A stretch of DNA of 59,012 bases from Candidatus Binatia bacterium. Its GTDB lineage: Bacteria; Desulfobacterota; Binatia; UBA1149; CAITLU01. Below, one piece after another: positions 31,263 through 40,299 of the stretch (positions are counted from its first letter, which is position 1; each line of letters starts with the position of its first letter). The notes beneath the pieces are model-generated. The model had not been told where the DNA came from, made no database searches, and saw nothing but the letters and a program-made list of their open reading frames with translations. Location of the stretch: contig JBHEOD010000007.1 in NCBI GenBank assembly GCA_046261745.1, forward strand, positions 1 to 59,012. The letters run 5' to 3'. Both the position numbers and the translations under genes were made by a program.

Positions 31263-31442
31263 ATGCTCAATTACGCAATGACCTTCTTCGTAATCGCTCT
31301 TATCGCAGCGGTGCTGGGCTTCGGCGGCGTCGCCGGACTCTCTGCCGAGATCGGCTGGTTCTTCGCCATCATCGCAGTTGTTCTGCTCGCGGTCGGTTTG
31401 CTATCCGGTCGTGGCGGAAGCGGTGCACTGCCGAGGGTTTGA
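31263..31442 (+). CDS. DUF1328 (YtjA-like) small membrane protein, 59 aa (paralog 1)
   Basis: Not in the ORF track. SD AGGAGG is present. Sequence MLNYAMTFFVIALIAAVLGFGGVAGLSAEIGWFFAIIAVVLLAVGLLSGRGGSGALPRV. Confidence 0.8.
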   Translation: MLNYAMTFFVIALIAAVLGFGGVAGLSAEIGWFFAIIAVVLLAVGLLSGRGGSGALPRV

Positions 31443-31652
31443 GGCAAACCGGTGAGGTCTTTCCGTGACGTGGTCTGGGTGTTGCTCGGTGCGACTGTCG
31501 GCATGACAATCTGCGTCGCCGGCGCCGAGCAGTGGGCATGGTCCACGACGACGGACGTCGTGCCCTTGGCGAGGCTTACGGTCTTCGCCATGCTGGTCGG
31601 CAGCATCCGGCGCCCGGCAGCACCCACACCCGTCACGGGCTGACCTCTCCGC

Positions 31653-33434
31653 GTGTCCGGGACTGCCAACGAGGGGGGGCCAACGGCCTCCAACGACGTT
31701 TCTGCGCCAAGACGGACCCTTCGACAGTTCTGGGACATTTCGAGAGCGTTTTTTGCTGCGCGCGGGCAGCGCAAAGCCCAAGGTTACCTCGCCACGTTGC
31801 TGGTGCTGTCGCTGGCGGTCGGCGGCGTTGAGGTGCTGATCAGCTACGTGGGGCGGGATTTCATGACCGCCATCGCGGAAGCGAAGTCGGAGGAGTACTG
31901 GCGACTCCTCCGTCTTTATATAGGAACCTTCGCCCTCGCCGTTCCCCTTGCCGTCTACTACCGCTGGACGGAAAAACGCCTGGCCCTCCTGTGGCGCGAG
32001 TGGCTCGCGCGGCGGCTCATGGCACGCTACTTCAACAACCGCGCTTACTACCGGTTGCGCGGGTCGGAAGGCATCGACAACCCCGACCAGCGAATCAGCG
32101 AGGACGTGGTCAACTTCACGTCCGACTCGCTGTCGTTCCTCCTGATCGCACTCAACTCCACGGTCACCGTGATCGCGTTCCTGGGTGTGCTTTGGGGGAT
32201 CTCCGGCGCACTGGTTACGGCGCTGTTCGTTTACGCCGCAGCCGGCACGGTGGTCAGCATCCTGATCGGCAAGCGGCTGGTGCGCCTGAGTTTCCATCAG
32301 TACCGCAAGGAGGCCGATTTTCGCTATGGCCTCGTGCGGGTGAAGGACAACGCGGAATCGATCGCGTTCTACCGCGGCGAGCGTCGCGAGCAGGATGATC
32401 TCGTGTCGCGACTGAAGCTCGCCCTGGTCAACGCGGCCGAGATCATCACATGGAACCGCAACCTCGCGTTCTTCACCACCTCCTACAACTTCGCCGCGAT
32501 CGTGCTTCCCATTGCGATCGTGGCGCCGATGTTCATACGCGGGGAGGTCGAGTTCGGCGTCGTGACCCAGGCGGCCGGGGCGTTCGCGACCGTGCTCGCA
32601 GCGGTTTCGCTGGTCATCACCAAGTTCGAGGGACTCAGCATCTACCTGGCGGGCGTTCAGCGACTGGGCGCCCTTTGGGACAACCTCGACGAGTTCGACG
32701 CCGACGAGGAGCGGGCCGCAGCCGAGTCCGAAATGCAACTCGACGAGGACAGCCGCATCGTGAAGCTGGAAGACCTCACCGTGCGGACCCCGGGCCTCCT
32801 GGAGGACTCCAAGTTGCTGGTCGACAACCTTTCATTCGAGCTGCGTCGCAAGCAAAGCCTGCTCATCATGGGCCCGAGCGGCTCGGGCAAGAGCTCCGTG
32901 CTTCGTACCATCGCCGGCCTGTGGCCGTGCGACAGCGGCTCACTGGAACGGCCGCCCCTGCTCGAACTGATGTTCCTGCCACAGCGTCCCTACATGGTGC
33001 AGGGCAGCCTGCGCGACCAGCTTCTCTATCCGTACCCGGCGCGCAAGGTCGAGGACGACAAGATTCGCGAAGTCGTCGCGGCGGTGAATTTGTCCGATGT
33101 GTTCGGCCGAGTCGACGACGACCTCGATCGCACGGTGGACTGGACGAATGTTCTCTCTATCGGGGAGCAGCAACGCGTAGCCTTCGCCCGCCTGTTCCTG
33201 CGAGCACCCCGATTCGCGTTTCTCGACGAAGCCACCAGTGCCCTCGACGAGGACAACCAGGACATTCTGTACCGGCTGCTGAGAGACTCGCACATCGGAT
33301 TCGTCAGCGTGGGGCACCGTCAGACACTCGTGCAGTACCACGACCGCATTCTCGAACTGACAGCTGACGGGAGCTGGGTGATTCGCGACGCAAGCGAGGG
33401 AGACGAGCTCCCCCGCATTGCAGATGCCTCATGA
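31653..33434 (+). CDS. fused ABC transporter permease/ATPase (ABC_membrane_2 / YddA-BacA-like type)
   Basis: N-terminal TM domain, then Walker A GPSGSGKSS, signature LSIGEQQR, and Walker B FAFLDEATSALD. Confidence 0.9.
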   Translation: MSGTANEGGPTASNDVSAPRRTLRQFWDISRAFFAARGQRKAQGYLATLLVLSLAVGGVEVLISYVGRDFMTAIAEAKSEEYWRLLRLYIGTFALAVPLAVYYRWTEKRLALLWREWLARRLMARYFNNRAYYRLRGSEGIDNPDQRISEDVVNFTSDSLSFLLIALNSTVTVIAFLGVLWGISGALVTALFVYAAAGTVVSILIGKRLVRLSFHQYRKEADFRYGLVRVKDNAESIAFYRGERREQDDLVSRLKLALVNAAEIITWNRNLAFFTTSYNFAAIVLPIAIVAPMFIRGEVEFGVVTQAAGAFATVLAAVSLVITKFEGLSIYLAGVQRLGALWDNLDEFDADEERAAAESEMQLDEDSRIVKLEDLTVRTPGLLEDSKLLVDNLSFELRRKQSLLIMGPSGSGKSSVLRTIAGLWPCDSGSLERPPLLELMFLPQRPYMVQGSLRDQLLYPYPARKVEDDKIREVVAAVNLSDVFGRVDDDLDRTVDWTNVLSIGEQQRVAFARLFLRAPRFAFLDEATSALDEDNQDILYRLLRDSHIGFVSVGHRQTLVQYHDRILELTADGSWVIRDASEGDELPRIADAS

Positions 33435-33476
33435 TGGCCAGGCCGGCGGTTATCGGCTCGAGGTTGCTCACCGAGG

Positions 33477-33510
33477 CGTAGAATCACGCACGTAATAATC
33501 CCATCTTACC
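33477..33510 (+). promoter_or_regulatory. 34-nt island motif, copy A
   Basis: CGTAGAATCACGCACGTAATAATCCCATCTTACC lies 88 nt upstream of the 38-aa ORF. Confidence 0.55.
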
Positions 33511-33598
33511 GGCCGCGGTTTCGCGCGATACACAGGAAATCTCGCGGATGGTGCGGACCTGAACATGGAGCGACACCGCGCGAGAAGGGAGTCACCAA

Positions 33599-33715
33599 AT
33601 GGGCAACCTCAAACGCGACAACGAAAGAGGAGCGGCCGGATGGATGCTCCTCTGGCTCGTCGGCATTCCCATTCCCATCCTTCTGGGTCTGTTCCTGCTG
33701 CGCGGATGCACGTGA
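33599..33715 (+). CDS. 38-aa single-TM peptide
   Basis: Not in the ORF track. SD AAGGGAG is present. Sequence MGNLKRDNERGAAGWMLLWLVGIPIPILLGLFLLRGCT. Motif copy A lies upstream. Confidence 0.45.
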   Translation: MGNLKRDNERGAAGWMLLWLVGIPIPILLGLFLLRGCT

Positions 33716-33760
33716 TCTGCACACGCCCGGCCGCGTGCAACGCCTGGCGAAGCTGAGGAG

Positions 33761-34534
33761 CTACGCGCCGCGCCCGTTCGCATCGCCGCGGCGCGCGACT
33801 CCGGAACGATCTTCCCCGTCGCGCTCGAAGCGGATATCCACTCCGTCGGGCTTTCCACTGACGGCGCTGCGCAGCAGTGCAACCAGGTGCGGCGTAGCGC
33901 CGGGACTGGCGGCGATGCTCTCGAGCGCCTCCCCGTTGATCCAGTAGTCGTCGTCGCCTGGCCGCTCCTCTTCGAGAGCATCCTGCAGCACTGCGAGCTC
34001 GACCTCGGAGATGCGCCCGAGTTCCTGTCCGGTGGTATCGTTGTAGAGAGTGATCGTACTGTCGGGGTTCTGGTCCCTGCTCGCATCTGCAACGATTTCG
34101 GCTTCGCTCATGCTGGCGCGCCTCTCGTCGAGGATCTCCAGCTCGGTGAACGTCGGGGCGGCGGGATCGAACGTCTGCCAGCCCGTCGTGATCCACCGGT
34201 TCACCCTGCGCCTGAGGTCGATCGCGCCACTACGACGCAGCACGTCCTTGATCTTCTCGGCCTGCTCTGTCGGCGTCTCCACGACCAGCAGCGCGCTGCC
34301 GCGCCGCAAGCCCTCCGCGTAGGCACTTACGTCGTGGTCGGCCTCGGTGTCGAAGAATGCCAGCAACCTTTCCCAGCCGGTGGGCGCGGGAACCGTCTCG
34401 GAATGCTCCGGGAGCGACGATGGTTCCGTGTGCATGGCCTCTTCGGTCGCGAGTCCCGCGCGCACGAGTTCTTCCTTCGCACGCAGCAGTACGGCCGGAT
34501 CATCGAACATTGCGACTACCCTGATGATAACCAT
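33761..34534 (-). CDS. hypothetical protein with YflT/GSP17M-like N-terminal domain (tentative)
   Basis: Only the 3' 257 codons of the 904-aa track ORF look real. ATG 34534 has SD AAGGAG. Contains MVIIRVVAMFDDPAVLLRAKEELVRAGL...YAEGLRRGSALLVV. Confidence 0.55.
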   Translation of the reverse strand: MVIIRVVAMFDDPAVLLRAKEELVRAGLATEEAMHTEPSSLPEHSETVPAPTGWERLLAFFDTEADHDVSAYAEGLRRGSALLVVETPTEQAEKIKDVLRRSGAIDLRRRVNRWITTGWQTFDPAAPTFTELEILDERRASMSEAEIVADASRDQNPDSTITLYNDTTGQELGRISEVELAVLQDALEEERPGDDDYWINGEALESIAASPGATPHLVALLRSAVSGKPDGVDIRFERDGEDRSGVARRGDANGRGA

Positions 34535-34642
34535 GTCAGCTCCTTGGAGCGGGACGGCCCCCGCGACGGCGAGCCTACGCCATGACGCCGGTGGCGTGAA
34601 GGGGAGAGTCTTTTTTCGCGCCAGCATCTTCCGACACCGAAG

Positions 34643-34663
34643 GCACGTAGTTCTGCGGTGTAT
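34643..34663 (+). promoter_or_regulatory. conserved box upstream of PAS kinase 2
   Basis: It matches 29241-29261 at 18/21 positions. It overlaps the track start at 34658, which argues for a downstream start. Confidence 0.45.
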
Positions 34664-34777
34664 CCTCTGGGGGAGACATTGGTTATGTTGTCGTGCACGC
34701 CGTCCGGACTGAGAGCGGTTTTGCTCCCGGACAATGACGAGAGGAAACCTCGTCGAGGCTGCGATTCCACGAGCAAG

Positions 34778-36421
34778 ATGAAGATCAGGAACCGGTCCGC
34801 AGCAGGTCGACCTGACCGACGTGCGGTCCCGGCGGCTGCCATCTGCAACGTACCCGTCGCCCGCCCTTTCATGAAACCCGAGCCCGTCCGCGACGAGCGG
34901 GGAATCACAGCCGGAGAGTTCGATGCCGGGCTGATCGACTCCCCCAGAGCGATGCTGCTCCTCGACCGGGCACGGTGCATCCGACAGTTCACACCGGGCG
35001 CAACCTCCCTGTTCAGCCTCCTGCCCGGCGACGTGGGCCGGCCGATTCGTGATTTTGCGCAGAACTTCGTCGATGCCGCCTTTCTGTCGGACATCCTGCT
35101 CGTGCTCGAAGGCAGGAACGCCTCGAAGAAGGAAGTGCAGTCGAGCGAGGGGCGCTGGTACATCCGGCAGACGCAGTCCTACCTCCTGGCGGACGGGAGC
35201 ATCGACGGCGCCGCGATCACCTTCTCGGATGTCGACGCCGAAGTGCTTCAGGAGGCGCGCTTCTACGCCGAAACCATCGTCAACTCGGTGCGCGAACCGC
35301 TTCTCGTTGTGGACGCCGAACTCTGCGTACACTCCGTCAACGAGCCGTTCACCACGCTTTTTCAAGTAGCAAGCGCCGACGTCCTCGGGCAAACCTTGCG
35401 CGACCTCGACCGGGGTGTCTGGGAAATTCCCCAGTTGCTCGCCCTGCTGAGGCAAGTTTTCGAGAATGGGCACCCGATGGAGGAGTTCGAAATCCAGTAC
35501 GAATCCAGGGCGTTCGGCACCCGGTCGCTGATCCTTAACGCGCGCACCCTGCATCGTGGCGGTGGACGGTCCGACTTGGTCTTGGTGGCGATCGACGATG
35601 TCACCGAGCGCCGTCGCCTCCGCAAACTTCTCCAGGAGAACGAGGCAAGGCTCCACGAGGAAGAGCGCCTGCGCCAGCGCCAACTCGAGCTCACGAACGC
35701 GCTGCGGGTCAGCACCGTGGGCGAACTTGCGGCCGGCCTCGCCCACGAACTCAACCAGCCGCTTTCCTCGATCTCGAACTTGGTGGAGGCCTGCGCGCAG
35801 CATGTCCGTGGTGGGCCAATCGATGCCCCCCAGCACCTCGAGCTTCTGTCCGAGATCGCCGCCGAGGCGATACGGGCCGCCGGCATCGTCGCGCATCTGC
35901 GCAGCTTCGTTGACAAGGGCGAGCCGCAACTCGCGCACGTCGATCTGGGGGAGATCGTGCGGCACGTTCCCCATCTCCTGATGCGAGAGTTGGAACGTAC
36001 CCGCGTCTCTCTCGAAATCGACATTCCGGAGACGCCACTGCCGGTTGATGCCGACACGATTCAGGTCGAGCAGGTGGTCGTGAATCTCCTGCAGAACGCC
36101 ATGGACAGCATTCGCGAAGCCGCGAGCCCCCAGCGCCGGATCGAGTTGGCGGTCCGGGCAGTCGACGGGATGGGAGAAGTCACGGTTCGCGACACCGGCA
36201 CGGGTGCATCCCCGCAGGCCGCCGAACGCATGTTCGAGGCCTTCTTCACCACCAAGAAACAGGGTCTCGGAATGGGACTGGCCTTGAGCCGTTCCATTCT
36301 CGAGGCACACCGCGGACGTATCTGGATGGAGATCCCCTCGGATGGCGGCCCCGGCACGGTCGTGCGTTTCTCGATACCCATCCGAAATCGCCAAGGCAAC
36401 GACGTGGGGCGAGATCGATGA
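34778..36421 (+). CDS. PAS-PAS sensor histidine kinase (paralog 2)
   Basis: Collinear with kinase 1 (for example VSTVGELAAGLAHELNQPLSSISNLVEAC). The start is uncertain (ATG 34778 chosen; track 34658). Confidence 0.85.
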   Translation: MKIRNRSAAGRPDRRAVPAAAICNVPVARPFMKPEPVRDERGITAGEFDAGLIDSPRAMLLLDRARCIRQFTPGATSLFSLLPGDVGRPIRDFAQNFVDAAFLSDILLVLEGRNASKKEVQSSEGRWYIRQTQSYLLADGSIDGAAITFSDVDAEVLQEARFYAETIVNSVREPLLVVDAELCVHSVNEPFTTLFQVASADVLGQTLRDLDRGVWEIPQLLALLRQVFENGHPMEEFEIQYESRAFGTRSLILNARTLHRGGGRSDLVLVAIDDVTERRRLRKLLQENEARLHEEERLRQRQLELTNALRVSTVGELAAGLAHELNQPLSSISNLVEACAQHVRGGPIDAPQHLELLSEIAAEAIRAAGIVAHLRSFVDKGEPQLAHVDLGEIVRHVPHLLMRELERTRVSLEIDIPETPLPVDADTIQVEQVVVNLLQNAMDSIREAASPQRRIELAVRAVDGMGEVTVRDTGTGASPQAAERMFEAFFTTKKQGLGMGLALSRSILEAHRGRIWMEIPSDGGPGTVVRFSIPIRNRQGNDVGRDR

Positions 36422-36999
36422 CTTCCAACGCGGCGACGGTGTTCGTGGTTGACGACGACCCCGGCGTCCGCGCATCCCTCGGGCGGCTGCTCACGGCGGT
36501 CGGCCTGTCCGTCGAGAGCTTCGCCAGCGGAACCGAGTTTCTCGCCGCGATCGAACCGGACGATGCCGGGTGCTTGCTGCTCGACCTCCGGCTGAAGGAG
36601 GGAAGCGGTCTCGACGTGCAGGACGAGATGCGGCGACGTGGCCTGCGCTTGCCGATCATCGTGCTGACCGGACACGGGAACGTGCCCGACTCGGTGCGGG
36701 CAATGAAAGCCGGCGCTTACGATTTCCTGCAGAAGCCTCCCGCTCCCGTTCTTCTGGTCGAGAGAATTCGCGATGCGATGGAGTACGACCGAGTAGCCCG
36801 TGGCGCAGCTTTGGATCGCGCCGCAGCCCTCGCCCGCCTGTCGGTGCTGCACCCACACGAACGCGACGTGCGCTCGCTGCTCGTGGCAGGAGGTGCGTCC
36901 ACGGAAGTCGCCGACGACCTCGTCCTCAGCATGACGGCTCACGAATCGGGGCAGTGCTGGAGGTGCTCCCCTGCCTTGAACGCCCGGAATCCGTCCTAG
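36418..36999 (+). CDS. FixJ/NarL-type response regulator paralog with aberrant C-terminal HTH
   Basis: ATG overlaps the kinase stop (ATGA). The REC domain has DDD...D...K (VFVVDDDPGV, LLLDLRL, MKAGAYDFLQKP). The HTH begins HERDVRSLLVAGGASTEVADDL, then loses similarity. Confidence 0.8.
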   Translation: MTSNAATVFVVDDDPGVRASLGRLLTAVGLSVESFASGTEFLAAIEPDDAGCLLLDLRLKEGSGLDVQDEMRRRGLRLPIIVLTGHGNVPDSVRAMKAGAYDFLQKPPAPVLLVERIRDAMEYDRVARGAALDRAAALARLSVLHPHERDVRSLLVAGGASTEVADDLVLSMTAHESGQCWRCSPALNARNPS

Positions 37000-37024
37000 C
37001 GACGGCCCTGCGTAGTGCTCCCCG

Positions 37025-37058
37025 CGTAAAGCTGCGTACGTAATTTCCCGATCTTTCG
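37025..37058 (+). promoter_or_regulatory. 34-nt island motif, copy E
   Basis: CGTAAAGCTGCGTACGTAATTTCCCGATCTTTCG. A third CGTA lies 14 nt upstream, at 37011. Confidence 0.5.
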
Positions 37059-37233
37059 CGCCTTCCGCCAGGGAGATACCTTCACCCCATGCATCGCCGG
37101 ATTCATCGGGGGCAGGCGGACAACGCTCTCCTGTGCACGGATCCCACGCGACGCGTGAGGCCGAACAATGATTCCCCGCACCAGGCTACCCATGCCATCA
37201 CACGGGAGCAGCAATCTCCCAATCGAGGAAACA

Positions 37234-37428
37234 ATGAATGAAGTTCGATCCCTGGCGACTGCCGATTCGGAACGCATGGCGCGAGTTCTCGCGCAGTACG
37301 AGACGCTGAACGCGGAGATCGCGCGGACCGATGCCGACGACGAAGAGTCGCACCGCGATTTCATCGAAATTCCGTGCCGATTGGCACCGGCCATCCGGCG
37401 GAGACCGATGGTACGCAATTCAGCCTGA
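37234..37428 (+). CDS. hypothetical 64-aa protein
   Basis: ATG 37234 follows GAGGAA. It lies downstream of motif E. No recognisable domain. Confidence 0.3.
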   Translation: MNEVRSLATADSERMARVLAQYETLNAEIARTDADDEESHRDFIEIPCRLAPAIRRRPMVRNSA

Positions 37429-37454
37429 TTCTCTGACGACGGTACGAATCAAAA

Positions 37455-37490
37455 GGACAGGGACGACTTCCTCGGAAATCGTCCCTGTCC
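37455..37490. terminator. 12-bp stem hairpin between convergent genes
   Basis: GGACAGGGACGA - 12 nt - TCGTCCCTGTCC, flanked by AAAA and ATTTT. Confidence 0.6.
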
Positions 37491-37500
37491 CATTTTCGTC

Positions 37501-39243
37501 TCAGTACTTTCCCTTTCCTTGCGGTACGTCGTCGGGCATGTCCTGCGGCGGCTTCTTCCTGCCCGGGTCTTTGCCCGGGTCTTTGCCCGACTCCTGCGTA
37601 CCCTGGGCAGGCGCATCGGCCGGCCTCGTCTGCTGCGGCGCGCGGCGCTGCTCGACCTGCGGTGCGCGCTCGGGCGGCTGTGATTCACGCGGCGACGGCT
37701 CCCGGCTTCGCTCGGGCTGCATTTGCTGTTTCGGTGCCTGCTGCATTCGCTCTGGCTGCATCTGCGGCTTCGGTGCCTGCTTCTGCGTCCGCTCCGGCTG
37801 CATCTGCGGCTTCGGCGCCTGCTTCTGCGTCCGCTCCGGCTGCATCTGCGGCTTCGGCGCCTTCCCGGGCTTCGCTTGCGGCGGAATTTCCTGGCGGCGC
37901 GACGGCTGCTCCGCACGCGGAGCCGACTGCTCGCGCGCGGCCGGCTCCGCCCGGGAACCGGGCTTCGCCTCCCTATCGGCCTCGACCGGCTCCCTCTGCT
38001 CCCGTGCCGGTTTCATCGCAGCACCGCGCTCTGGGCTTTTCGCCTTCTCTGGCTTGCCGCGCGGATCGTCTTCGGTCTTGCGTTCCGGCACGGCCGACTT
38101 GTCTGCCTTGCCTCTCCCGGCAGGTTCGCCGGCATTGAGCCTGTCCTTGCCCTGCTCATCCATGGACGCCGGCTCGCGTGCGTCGGGCTTGTCTCTGCCC
38201 CTGCCGGGATCGGCTCGCTCCGGCGTGTTGTCGGCCGGACCGCCGCCGCCGCGCTCGTTGTCCTTCTCGCGCACCGTCGGTTCGGTTGCGGCTCGGTCAC
38301 GCCCCCTGTCCTTATCTTTGTCGGGAACGCTGTCGAGGCGCTTCTTCTCCTGACGGATCGTGTCGGCCTCGCGCGCTTCCCGAGCCGGCTCCTTGGCCAG
38401 GCCGAGACGATCAGGAGTCTTGTCCCTGGTTTCCTTCACGCGGGGACGGAACATCCGGATGCTGTCCGAACGGGTGTTATCGCGCTCGCCAGGCCTGTCC
38501 GCGGCCTCGATCCTCACGGGACGCACAGGGCGGCCCGTCGCCTTTTCGACCATTCTTCGATCGATGCTGTGTCCGATGCGCTCGGGACGACTCTCGTCGT
38601 ATTGCGTCACGTCGCGCGAACTCCGGAAGATGCGATCGCGCTCGCGACGGTCCGTGACGGCGCGGCGACCAACGCGGTCGGAGGTGAAATCACGGTCGCG
38701 CGTGAACACCCAGCGATCCCAGTCGCGGCCGCGATGGCGGCGATCCCAGTCGCCGTCGTGGCGCCAGCGATCCCACCGGTTCTCGGGATATCGATCGAAG
38801 TAGGCGGGCCAAAGCGGCGCCCAGCCGATGTAGCCCGCTTCGACGCGCCAACTCACCCAAGCCGGAGCCCACGTGCGTCCGGGTACCCAGCTCCATCCGT
38901 ACATCGGATCGAAGTACCAGCGCCCGTAGTGATAGGTGGCCCAGCCCCACGGCTCCTGCGATGCCCAGGTCCAGCCTACGTCATTGGCATAAACCCACTG
39001 CCCCTCCGTGTAAGGACGCCAGCCGACGTTGACGCGTGCCGGATGCCAGACCCATCCGAATTGCGCCTGGTAGAACCACCGGCCGTGCGGAGCCAGGTTC
39101 GCGTAGAAAAAGCCGTCGTCGACGTCCTGCGCGTACGCCTGGCGCGGCGCCGCATCGTTTACCAGCAGCACCGTGCCCGTGCTGCAGCCGAAGAAGGCGG
39201 CGAGCGCGAGGCTTGCCGGTATGTGGAGCTTGCGAATCATCAT
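37501..39243 (-). CDS. YXWGXW/WxxGxW-repeat protein with about 400-aa charged low-complexity tail
   Basis: Signal peptide, then repeats GWVWHP, GWTWAS, WGWATYHYGRW, YGWSWVPG, GYIGWAP. A long R/D/E/K/P/Q-rich tail follows. Confidence 0.8.
   Translation of the reverse strand: MMIRKLHIPASLALAAFFGCSTGTVLLVNDAAPRQAYAQDVDDGFFYANLAPHGRWFYQAQFGWVWHPARVNVGWRPYTEGQWVYANDVGWTWASQEPWGWATYHYGRWYFDPMYGWSWVPGRTWAPAWVSWRVEAGYIGWAPLWPAYFDRYPENRWDRWRHDGDWDRRHRGRDWDRWVFTRDRDFTSDRVGRRAVTDRRERDRIFRSSRDVTQYDESRPERIGHSIDRRMVEKATGRPVRPVRIEAADRPGERDNTRSDSIRMFRPRVKETRDKTPDRLGLAKEPAREAREADTIRQEKKRLDSVPDKDKDRGRDRAATEPTVREKDNERGGGGPADNTPERADPGRGRDKPDAREPASMDEQGKDRLNAGEPAGRGKADKSAVPERKTEDDPRGKPEKAKSPERGAAMKPAREQREPVEADREAKPGSRAEPAAREQSAPRAEQPSRRQEIPPQAKPGKAPKPQMQPERTQKQAPKPQMQPERTQKQAPKPQMQPERMQQAPKQQMQPERSREPSPRESQPPERAPQVEQRRAPQQTRPADAPAQGTQESGKDPGKDPGRKKPPQDMPDDVPQGKGKY
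37715..37862. repeat. about 3.6 tandem copies of a 42-bp unit inside the YXWGXW gene
   Basis: Units at 37754-37795 and 37796-37837 are near identical (GGCTGCATCTGCGGCTTCGGYGCCTGCTTCTGCGTCCGCTCC). They encode APKPQMQPERTQKQ repeats. Confidence 0.85.
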
Positions 39244-39310
39244 GGCTTGAACCTCCCGGTTCCGGGTCGTGTGTTGTGGCGATGGTCGCAGGGTGCGACC
39301 ACACGCAGGT

Positions 39311-39532
39311 TCAAGCTCGCCTGCGATCGAGAAGCAGCATCAGCACGCCGGCGCCGATGGCGGCAGCCGCGATCCACTGCGGAACATTGACCCTCTCTTT
39401 TTCCTCGATCGAAAACTCGAGGGGGCCGATCTTCGTCTCGTGGGTTTCCTTGGTGAAGCTGAAGCTTCCGTAGGCGAGCCCAAGCCCGCCGCCGAGGATG
39501 AAAAGGACCGCCAGGATCTTGATGGACGACAT
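39311..39532 (-). CDS. 73-aa two-TM protein, DUF3185-like (paralog 2)
   Basis: MSSIKILAVLFILGGGLGLAYGSFSFTKETHETKIGPLEFSIEEKERVNVPQW... It lies directly upstream of the YXWGXW gene on the same strand. Confidence 0.75.
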   Translation of the reverse strand: MSSIKILAVLFILGGGLGLAYGSFSFTKETHETKIGPLEFSIEEKERVNVPQWIAAAAIGAGVLMLLLDRRRA

Positions 39533-39649
39533 CGGGCACGTCTCCGACGGCGCGCGTTACGCCCGCCAATCTGTAAAAAAGAGGGATGGAGAAAGGGGAC
39601 CGGGCTGCAACAGCATTTCTACGCCCGCAACGGGGGTGCGAGCCAGAGA

Positions 39650-39670
39650 GGAGTGATACGCGCGTAGTTC
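39650..39670 (-). promoter_or_regulatory. conserved box upstream of DUF3185-like paralog 2
   Basis: The same 20-21 nt as at 29191-29211. Confidence 0.5.
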
Positions 39671-39722
39671 CACGGGGTAAAATTCCGCGCAGGCATCGGC
39701 GATTCCGAGGGAGCGCCGCACA

Positions 39723-39756
39723 CGTAAGAGCACGCGCGTACTTCTCCGACCTTAAC
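39723..39756 (+). promoter_or_regulatory. 34-nt island motif, copy F
   Basis: CGTAAGAGCACGCGCGTACTTCTCCGACCTTAAC lies 58 nt upstream of ATG 39815. Confidence 0.55.
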
Positions 39757-39814
39757 CGAGCCAACCCGCTGCTGTAGCTTTGGGCAAGTCGAACACCGAC
39801 TGAGGAGAACGAGC

Positions 39815-40225
39815 ATGAAACAGAACAACATCACTTCCATTGTCACATTCGTATTCGCTGCCGGATTGCTGGCGGGCGTCACGACCGCCGGTGCCGAAAC
39901 GGTCACGACCTCCAAGACGACCACATACACCGGCGTCGTTTCGGAGGTGAATCCGTCGAGCTCGACTATCATTCTCAAGTCGGAAGCGTCGCCGTCGCCC
40001 GTGACCTACACGTACACCAAGGAGACGACGTTCGTCGATTCGAAGGGCAACGTCGTAACCTACGAAACCATCAAGAACTCCCCGGTCACCGTGGAGTACA
40101 CGACCGAAGGCGGCCAGACGGTCGTTCGCAAGGTGATCCAGACTGCTCCCGCCGTCGAGGTGGCTCCGTCGGCCCCCGTCATCCGCGAGAAGACGACCAC
40201 CCGCACCGAGACCGAGACTCGCTGA
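39815..40225 (+). CDS. secreted Thr-rich hypothetical protein
   Basis: SD GAGGAG is present. It has a signal peptide ending AGA|ET and a Thr/Val-rich beta-like sequence. The C-terminus reads APVIREKTTTRTETETR. Confidence 0.6.
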   Translation: MKQNNITSIVTFVFAAGLLAGVTTAGAETVTTSKTTTYTGVVSEVNPSSSTIILKSEASPSPVTYTYTKETTFVDSKGNVVTYETIKNSPVTVEYTTEGGQTVVRKVIQTAPAVEVAPSAPVIREKTTTRTETETR

Positions 40226-40299
40226 CACCGTCCGGAAAGCCGGCGCCCTGACCACAGGTGCGCCGGCTCCCCCGGCGCCCAGACAAGGAAGATTCTCCC

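Noticed and set aside
31452-31643. 63-aa ORF between the DUF1328 gene and the ABC transporter gene
   Set aside because: It has a GTG start without an SD and no recognisable family. I could not distinguish it from noise. It could be a real small membrane protein, but the support is too weak to list.
34535-36475. The upstream 647 codons of the 904-aa minus-strand ORF 33761..36475
   Set aside because: This part is antisense to PAS kinase 2. Only the last 257 codons (33761-34534) have an SD, a sensible start and protein-like sequence.
37715-37862. Possible CRISPR-like array (regular 42-bp repeats)
   Set aside because: The repeats are directly abutting with no spacers. They are in-frame inside a coding region and encode a peptide repeat.
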